Assembly: GCA_964629765.1 (NCBI GenBank)
Contig: CAZVTK010000002.1
Coordinates: forward strand, 32,898 to 96,897
Origin: an uncultured Mesorhizobium sp.
GTDB lineage: Bacteria > Pseudomonadota > Alphaproteobacteria > Rhizobiales > Rhizobiaceae
DNA: 64,000 bases
Direction: 5' to 3'
The notes under the pieces were generated by a model. That model saw nothing but the letters and a program-made list of their open reading frames with translations. It was not told where the DNA came from and did no database searches. Positions within the stretch are counted from its first letter, which is position 1, and the number at the start of each line of letters is the position of its first letter. This document shows, piece by piece, positions 57,799 to 64,000 of the stretch. A program made the translations under genes and the position numbers.

Positions 57799-58938
57799 AT
57801 GACGGGCACACCCGCACCCAAGGCCAGGCGACCGCTGGACGGCGTCGTGGTCATCGAAACCGCCAGCTTCCTCACCGGCCCCTTCGCCGGGATGATGCTG
57901 TCGGACCTCGGCGCGGACGTGATCAAGGTCGAGCCGCCGGCGGGCGACGGCTTCCGCCGCTTCGGCCACAACCGCGACGGCTTCGGCGCGTCGTGGACCA
58001 ACTCCAACCGGGGCAAGCGCAGCGTCGTCATCGACCTCAAGACTCCCGAGGGTCTGGCGCGGCTCAAACGGCTCCTGCGCAGCGCCGACGTGCTGATCGA
58101 GAACTGGCGCCCGCGCGTCTCCGAATCGCTCGGCCTCGGGCGCGAGACCGTCGAGGCCCTGAACCCGCGCCTGATACGCCTGTCGATCACCGGTTTCGGC
58201 GACACCGGCAAGCTCGCCAATGCGCCGGCCTTCGATTCGCTGATCCAGGGTCGCACGGGCATCGTCGCCTCGGAAGCGCGCAACGGCGCGCCTGCGGTAA
58301 CGCCGTTCAACATGGTCGACAAGGTCACCGGCGCATTCGGGGCGCAGGCCGTTCTCGCCGCGCTGTTCGAGCGCGAGCGTACCGGAAAGGGCGCCAGCAT
58401 CCAGATGCCGATGCTCGACGTCATGGGCTACTTCAACTTCCCGGACATGTTCCAGCATCGCACCTTCGAGAACGACGACAGCGACTGGAAGCCGCCGGCG
58501 TCGCAGGTGCTCGCCACCAGCGACGGCTTCGTCGTGATCTCGCCGGCGAACGGGCAGCAGATGTCGAAGACGCTGAACGCCATCGAGCGGCCCGAATGGA
58601 AAGAGGAATTCAAGCGCATGTCCGACCCCGTGCGCATGGCGGAGGAGTTCTTCCGCCGGGTCGGCGAGGTGGTGAAGGCGCGCGACACGCGCCATTGGCT
58701 CAAGGTATTCGCCGAGCAGGACGTGCCCGCCGCGCCCGTCTTCAGCCTCGACGACTTCCTGAACGACGAGCAGGTGGCCAACAACCGCATCTACAACTTC
58801 GTCGACTCGCATGTCGGCCCGCTGCGCACGGCGCGCTATCCGGCCACCTTCGACGGGCGGATGATGACCGCCCAAGCCGGGCCGCCGAAGGTCGGCGAGC
58901 ACGACGCGGACATTGGCGGCGCGGGAGAGGCGGCATGA
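57799..58938 (+). CDS. Class III CoA transferase (CaiB/BaiF)
   Basis: GPFAGMMLSDLGADVIKVEPP.GD, NRGKRS and Asp in MVDKVTG. Confidence 0.92.
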   Translation: MTGTPAPKARRPLDGVVVIETASFLTGPFAGMMLSDLGADVIKVEPPAGDGFRRFGHNRDGFGASWTNSNRGKRSVVIDLKTPEGLARLKRLLRSADVLIENWRPRVSESLGLGRETVEALNPRLIRLSITGFGDTGKLANAPAFDSLIQGRTGIVASEARNGAPAVTPFNMVDKVTGAFGAQAVLAALFERERTGKGASIQMPMLDVMGYFNFPDMFQHRTFENDDSDWKPPASQVLATSDGFVVISPANGQQMSKTLNAIERPEWKEEFKRMSDPVRMAEEFFRRVGEVVKARDTRHWLKVFAEQDVPAAPVFSLDDFLNDEQVANNRIYNFVDSHVGPLRTARYPATFDGRMMTAQAGPPKVGEHDADIGGAGEAA

Positions 58939-59816
58939 AGATCGCGAGTTTCGACGGCCGCCGCATCGGCATCATCGACGGCGACGAGATCGTGGACGTG
59001 ACCGGGCTGAGCGGCATGGCGGCCGACGTCTGGCCGCCGGTGGGCATGGTCGCCTTCCTGGCGAAGTTCGTCGCCGACCGCGGCGCGGTGGAGGCGGCGA
59101 TGCGCAGCGGTCCGCGCCGGCCGCTCCCGGCGGTGCGGCTCGAGGCGCCGATCGCCTGGCCCAACAAGGTCATCGCCTACCCCGCCAACTACCATGCGCA
59201 CATAGAGGAGCAGAAGAAGTCGGCCGTGGGTCTGATTTCCACCTTCAAGGCGGACGGCCAGGGCTTCTTCCTCAAGGCGAACTCCAGCATCAGCGGGCCG
59301 AACGACCCGATCGTGCTGCCGGCCGTGGCCAATCGCGAGATCCATCACGAATGCGAGCTCGCCATCGTCATCGGCAAGGGCGGGCGGCAGATCCCGCGCG
59401 CCGCCGCCATGGACCACGTGCTCGGCTATTCCTGTCTGCTCGACATGGTCATCCGCGGCAAGGAGGAGCGCGTCATGCGCAAGTCCTACGACAGCTTCTG
59501 CCCGATGGGCCCCTATATCGTGACCGCCGACGAGATCGCCGACCCGGCGGCGATCGAGCTCGAACTGCGCGTCAACGGGTCGGTCAGGCAGAGCGCGGTG
59601 ACGCGCGACCTGATCGTCGACATCCCCCACATGATCGAAATGGCCTCCGCCGTGATGACGCTCCATCCGGGCGACATCATCGCCAGCGGCACGCCGCAGG
59701 GCGTCGGCCCGGTCGCCGGCGGCGACGTGGTCGAGATCGCGATCGAAGGGGTCGGCGCGATGAAGCTCGACGTCGTCCAGGGTGCCGGCGGCAACCATCC
59801 CGTCTGGGACAAATAG
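58935..59816 (+). CDS. Fumarylacetoacetate hydrolase family protein
   Basis: NY..H..E, FLKANSSI.GP, HHECEL, RKSYDSFCPMGP, PGDII.SGTP.GVG. ATGA overlap. Confidence 0.92.
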   Translation: MKIASFDGRRIGIIDGDEIVDVTGLSGMAADVWPPVGMVAFLAKFVADRGAVEAAMRSGPRRPLPAVRLEAPIAWPNKVIAYPANYHAHIEEQKKSAVGLISTFKADGQGFFLKANSSISGPNDPIVLPAVANREIHHECELAIVIGKGGRQIPRAAAMDHVLGYSCLLDMVIRGKEERVMRKSYDSFCPMGPYIVTADEIADPAAIELELRVNGSVRQSAVTRDLIVDIPHMIEMASAVMTLHPGDIIASGTPQGVGPVAGGDVVEIAIEGVGAMKLDVVQGAGGNHPVWDK

Positions 59817-59837
59817 TCCGCTCGGCGCCGGCCGTGT

Positions 59838-61058
59838 TCAGTCCCGTCCCGGGGCACCCTTGCGGCGTCCCAGCCCCGGCAGCCAGAAGCCGAGCAGGGC
59901 GACGCCGTTGGCCGCCACGAGCACGATGCTCATCGCCGTGGCCAGGTCGGCCGGAATGGCGCCGACCGCCGCGATGATCCCCGCCCCGGCGGCCATCTGG
60001 AGACAGCCGTAGAGGCCGGACGCCGCGCCGATCGCTTCGGGATCGACGTTGATCGCCTCGGTCATGGCGAAGGCGCTGCACAGCCCGATGGCGAAGGTGA
60101 GCACGAGGATCGGCGCGAACAGGCGCCACAGCGTCAGCGCGTCCGCGACCACGAACAGCAGGACAGCGAGGCTGGAAGCCAGCAGCAGGACGCTCGCGAC
60201 CCGCGTGACGACCGTCGGCCGGACCTTGCCGGCCATGCGGCTGGCGAACAGGCTGCCGACCGTCAGCGCGCTGACGACGCCCAGGAACGCATAGCCGGTC
60301 TGCTGGAGCGACAGGCCGAAATCGTGCTGCATGATGAAGGGGCCGGCGCCGACGAAGGCGTAGAAGCTCGTCGTCGCGAATGCGCCGCTGACGCAGTAGC
60401 GCAGGAAGGCCGGGTTGCGCATGAGCTGCATGTACCGGCGCGCATAGTCCGAAGCGCCGCCGTTGCCGTCGCGGGCGAACGTTTCCGGCAAGGTCAGCAC
60501 CGTCACCAGCAGCAGCAGGGCGTTGACCGCAGCCAGCGTGACGAAAATCCAGCGCCAGCCCAGGCTGTCGGTGATCAGCGCGCCCAGCATCGGCGCCAGC
60601 CCCGGGCCGATGCTCACCGACGCCCCGAGGATGGCGAGCCGCGACGTCGCCCGCTCCGGCCCGGCGGCGTCGCGGGTGATGGCGCGGCCCAGCACGAGGC
60701 CCGAGCAGCCGCCCACCGCCTGGACCACCCGCGCGACGAGCAACAGCTCCAGGCTCTGCGCCGCCGCTATCACGATGCTCGCCACGACGTAGAGCAGCAG
60801 TCCGACGATCAGCACCGGCCGCCGGCCGAAGCGGTCGGACAGCATGCCGATCACGAGCTGGCCGATCGACAGCCCGATCAGATAGGCGGTGACGGAGAGC
60901 TGGATCGCCGCCGCCGAGACGCCGAGATCGCGCGCCGCGTCCGGCAGCGCCGGCACGAAGATGTGGACCGGGACCGTTCCCGACAGGGCGAGCCACACGA
61001 CGTAGGCGAGCGCCGGTTTCCGCGAGAACCGCGCCGGCGGCGCTTTCAGTATTTCCAT
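59838..61058 (-). CDS. Bcr/CflA family MFS efflux transporter
   Basis: FVPALPDAARDL, GMLSDRFGRRPVL, 12-TM pattern. Confidence 0.9.
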   Translation of the reverse strand: MEILKAPPARFSRKPALAYVVWLALSGTVPVHIFVPALPDAARDLGVSAAAIQLSVTAYLIGLSIGQLVIGMLSDRFGRRPVLIVGLLLYVVASIVIAAAQSLELLLVARVVQAVGGCSGLVLGRAITRDAAGPERATSRLAILGASVSIGPGLAPMLGALITDSLGWRWIFVTLAAVNALLLLVTVLTLPETFARDGNGGASDYARRYMQLMRNPAFLRYCVSGAFATTSFYAFVGAGPFIMQHDFGLSLQQTGYAFLGVVSALTVGSLFASRMAGKVRPTVVTRVASVLLLASSLAVLLFVVADALTLWRLFAPILVLTFAIGLCSAFAMTEAINVDPEAIGAASGLYGCLQMAAGAGIIAAVGAIPADLATAMSIVLVAANGVALLGFWLPGLGRRKGAPGRD

Positions 61059-61150
61059 TCGACTCTCTGCCCTGCTGCCGGGCTTTCTGTGCGCAGCCGA
61101 TCCGGCTGGCAAGCGGCAATCGCACGCCTTGACACCCTCCTTAATTTGGA

Positions 61151-61168
61151 TCAAAGGTTCATCCATTG
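61151..61168. promoter_or_regulatory. Putative FadR/GntR-type operator TCAAAGGTTCATCCATTG
   Basis: In the divergent MFS/ECH intergenic region; TTGACA at 61129-61134. Confidence 0.68.
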
Positions 61169-61185
61169 GCAATGGAGGAATTGCG

Positions 61186-62064
61186 GTGTCGGACGATTTG
61201 CGCAACCGGGTTGTCTATGAGGCACGCGACGGCCGGGCCTACATCACCCTCAACCGGCCGGAGAAGCGCAACGCGGTCACCTACGAGATGTTCGACCGCT
61301 TCATGGAGCATGTCCGTACCGCCGAGGAGGACGACGACGTGCGGGTCATCGTCATCCGCGGCGAGGGGCAGGATTTCTGCACCGGCCACGATCTGGCGCA
61401 GGTCGGCTCCGAATACGGCTTCTCGGCCGACAAGGATTCCCGCCGCCCGAGCCAGCGCCGCCGGCTGCACTTCGACAAGCGCCATGTCGAGCAGTTCCGC
61501 GAGCTGTTCTATTGCGTGAAGCCGACGCTCACCCTCGTGCAGGGCAACTGCGTCGGCGCCGGCACCTACATCGTCGAAGCCTCGGATCTCGCCATCGCCG
61601 CCACCACCGCCCGCATCGGCCACCCCGAGCAGAAGATGATGCTGGCCGGCGCCGCCTACATGACGACCTACAACATCCTCGCCATGGGGCCGAAGAAGGC
61701 GCGCGAGATGCTGCTGCTGGGCACTGCCATCAGCGGCGAGGAGGCGGTCGCGCAGGGCCTCGTCAACAGGGCGGTGCCGCCGGAGGAACTCGCCGCCGCC
61801 GGCGAGGAATGGGCCGAGCGCATCGTGCGCCTGCCGCGCGACGCGATCGCCATCGGCAAGGCCGCGACACATATGGCGATGGATTCGCTCGGCATGACCT
61901 CGCAGTTCATCTACGGCTACGTCAGCCATGTGGTCGGCACCAACATCCGCTACGAGCCGGACGAGCAGAACTTCATGAAGCTTCGCCGCGACAAGGGCGT
62001 CACCGGCGCCTCCAGGGAGCGCGAGGGCCGTTTTGACGCAGCGGGCGGCAAGGCGGCGGAATAG
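61186..62064 (+). CDS. Enoyl-CoA hydratase/isomerase family protein
   Basis: LNRPEKRNA, FCTGHDL, KPT...QG.CVGAG, HPE. GTG start after GGAGG. Confidence 0.9.
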   Translation: MSDDLRNRVVYEARDGRAYITLNRPEKRNAVTYEMFDRFMEHVRTAEEDDDVRVIVIRGEGQDFCTGHDLAQVGSEYGFSADKDSRRPSQRRRLHFDKRHVEQFRELFYCVKPTLTLVQGNCVGAGTYIVEASDLAIAATTARIGHPEQKMMLAGAAYMTTYNILAMGPKKAREMLLLGTAISGEEAVAQGLVNRAVPPEELAAAGEEWAERIVRLPRDAIAIGKAATHMAMDSLGMTSQFIYGYVSHVVGTNIRYEPDEQNFMKLRRDKGVTGASREREGRFDAAGGKAAE

Positions 62065-62076
62065 GTCCGCCTCTCC

Positions 62077-62108
62077 GCGAATCCCCGACTGGGCGAATCC
62101 CCGACTGG
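62077..62108. repeat. Perfect 16-bp tandem duplication GCGAATCCCCGACTGG x2
   Basis: Copies at 62077-62092 and 62093-62108; intergenic. Confidence 0.85.
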
Positions 62109-62116
62109 ACATTCCC

Positions 62117-62911
62117 ATGCGCACTGATCTCACCGGCCGCAGCGCGGTCGTCCTCGGCGGCACCAAGGGCATCGGCCGCGCCGCTGTCGCCGCGCTTGCC
62201 CGTTGCGGGTCGAGCGTCGTCATCCAGGGCCGCGACGCGCCGGCCGCGTATGCCCTCATCAAGGAGCTGAAGGACTATCCCGGCATGCGCCTCTTCGTCG
62301 AAAGCGACCTCTCCACCTATGAGGGCATCGACGAGGCCGTCCGGGTCGCCAAGGAATCCTTCGAGAAGGTGGACGTCGTCGTGGCGAGCGGCGGGCCGCG
62401 CGAGCCGCGCCCCAAGCTCTTCGTCGACACCAGCCCGCAGGAAGGCATCGCCACCATCGAGAGCCGGCTGATGCCGCGCCTCAATGCGCTGCATGCCGCG
62501 ACGAAATACATGCGTGACCAGGGCTACGGGAAGATCATCCTGATCACCACCGACGCCGCCCGCATCCCCACGCCGGCCGAGTCGATGATCGGCGCCGCCG
62601 GCGCCGTCGTCATGTCGCTGACGCGCTCGCTCGCTGCCGAGCTCGCCGACCTCGGCATCCGGGTCAACGCCGTCGCCACGACGCTGACGACCGGCACGCC
62701 CGGCCATGACCGCTTCCTCGAGGCCGAGGCCAGGGGCAGCAGCGAGGTCATCGTGCGCGCCTTCAGGAAGGTCGCCGAGCGGGTCAAGTTCCGCGTCAAC
62801 GCGGCCGAGGATCTGGCCGAGTACATCCTCTTCCTCGCCAGCCCCGAGTCCGACCAGATCTCCGGCTCGACGCTCAGCATCAATGGCGGACTGTCGTTTC
62901 CGAGCTACTGA
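62117..62911 (+). CDS. Atypical SDR lacking the YxxxK motif
   Basis: GGTKGIG Rossmann motif and GIRVNAV; ESMIGAAG stands at the YxxxK position. Confidence 0.85.
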   Translation: MRTDLTGRSAVVLGGTKGIGRAAVAALARCGSSVVIQGRDAPAAYALIKELKDYPGMRLFVESDLSTYEGIDEAVRVAKESFEKVDVVVASGGPREPRPKLFVDTSPQEGIATIESRLMPRLNALHAATKYMRDQGYGKIILITTDAARIPTPAESMIGAAGAVVMSLTRSLAAELADLGIRVNAVATTLTTGTPGHDRFLEAEARGSSEVIVRAFRKVAERVKFRVNAAEDLAEYILFLASPESDQISGSTLSINGGLSFPSY

Positions 62912-62925
62912 CAGGGAACAATGCC

Positions 62926-64000
62926 ATGCGCTTCACCGAGGAACATGTCGCCTTCCGCGACTCCGTGCGCCGCATGGTCGAGCAGCATCTGGCGCCGATC
63001 GTGCCCGACCTCGAGGCGACCGACCGCTTTCCCTCCGAGTTGGTGCCGGTGTTCGGCGACATGGGCCTGCTGCAGCTCTGGCTGCCGGAGGAATATGGCG
63101 GGCCGGGCGGCAACCTGACGCTGGTCTGCATCGCCAAGGAGGAGATCGCCAAGGTCTCGCTCGCCGCCTCCACGCTCTGCGCCAACAACTCGATCTCCTT
63201 CATCCTGCCGATCCTCAATCACGGCACGGAAGAGCAGAAGCGCCGCTACCTGCCGCTGGCCGCCGGAGGCCGGCTGATCTCGGCGATCGCCATCACCGAG
63301 CCGCAGACCGGTTCCGACGTGTCGTCGCTGCGTACCCGCGCCGTCCGCGACGGCGACCACTGGGTCATCAACGGCCAGAAGAGCTGGATCACCTGGGGCG
63401 GCGATGCCCACTACGTCATGCTCTTCGCCCGCACCTCCGACGCGCCGGGCTCGCGCGGCATCAGCGCCTTCATCGTCGACACGAAGACTCCCGGTTTCCG
63501 CATCGGCCGCAAGGAGCCGAAGATGGGCCGGCACGGCTCGCCCAGCCACGAGCTGTTCTTCGAGGACATGCGGGTGCCGGCCGACTGCCTGCTCGGCGAG
63601 GAAGGAACCGGCTTCCTCGCCTGCATGAAGACGCTCGACCTGAACCGCCCGACCATCGCGGCGGGTTCGCTCGGCCTCGCCCAAGGCGCGCTCGACGCCG
63701 CGGTGGCCTACAGCAAGGTGCGCACCCAGTTCGGCAAGCCGATCTCGCAGTTCCAGGGCATCCAGTTCAAGCTGGCCGACATGGCGATCAAGGTCGAGGT
63801 CGCCCGCAACATGCTCTACAACTGCGCCGAGGAGATCGATTCCGGCGACCATTCGCGGCTCAACCTCTTGTCGTCGATCACCAAGTGCTTCGTCACCGAC
63901 GCGGCCATGGAGGTCACGGTCGACGCGGTTCAGGTTCTCGGCGCCTATGGCTATTCGACCGAGTTTCCGGTCGAGCGCATGATGCGCGACGCCAAGGTGA
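62926..64000 (+). CDS. Acyl-CoA dehydrogenase (partial; runs off the window end, absent from the ORF track)
   Basis: Hand translation from ATG 62926: MRFTEEH.., PEEYGGPG, AITEPQTGSD, NGQKSWIT, RTQFGKPI, QFKLADMA, GAYGY..ERMMRDAK. Confidence 0.93.
   Translation, partial: MRFTEEHVAFRDSVRRMVEQHLAPIVPDLEATDRFPSELVPVFGDMGLLQLWLPEEYGGPGGNLTLVCIAKEEIAKVSLAASTLCANNSISFILPILNHGTEEQKRRYLPLAAGGRLISAIAITEPQTGSDVSSLRTRAVRDGDHWVINGQKSWITWGGDAHYVMLFARTSDAPGSRGISAFIVDTKTPGFRIGRKEPKMGRHGSPSHELFFEDMRVPADCLLGEEGTGFLACMKTLDLNRPTIAAGSLGLAQGALDAAVAYSKVRTQFGKPISQFQGIQFKLADMAIKVEVARNMLYNCAEEIDSGDHSRLNLLSSITKCFVTDAAMEVTVDAVQVLGAYGYSTEFPVERMMRDAKV

Noticed and set aside
62926-64000. Acyl-CoA dehydrogenase as IacA (partner of IacB)
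   Set aside because: It has canonical ACAD motifs (TEP..GSD, RTQFGKPI, ERMMRDAK), lies 53 kb from iacB and is in a different regulon.

Overview
High-GC (about 70% by eye) bacterial window, alphaproteobacterial in character. It is almost entirely an accessory catabolic region of about 55 CDS, with no housekeeping, rRNA, tRNA, CRISPR or transposase genes seen. Three regulatory modules are visible. (1) 0.2-15.8 kb (+): hydantoinase/oxoprolinase B and A, a peptide/nickel-type ABC importer, an orphan IacB-like protein, a Cys-less thiolase-fold protein, a DUF35-SDR fusion, an isatin-hydrolase-like cyclase, an acyl-CoA ligase and an SDR, downstream of a perfect 18-bp palindrome. (2) 15.8-44.4 kb: a PcaV-like MarR gene with about 7 copies of a TCAG-N4-CTGA-type palindrome in front of operons for the 3-hydroxybenzoate/gentisate pathway (hydroxylase, nagI/K/L), a CYP105-like P450 system inside an ABC operon, an FprB-molybdoenzyme pair and a CoA-dependent OYE/MaoC/DHDPS-like operon. 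(3) 44.5-64 kb: 7 copies of a FadR/GntR-type palindrome (AATGGWTGAACCWTT) in front of a second cupin dioxygenase and flavin monooxygenase, CoA transferases, an ABC system, prpB, FAH, MFS and ECH-SDR-ACAD. Two non-coding CTAG-flanked elements of about 274 bp differ in sequence but share one folded architecture. Family assignments come from motifs and recalled similarity; no database search was run.
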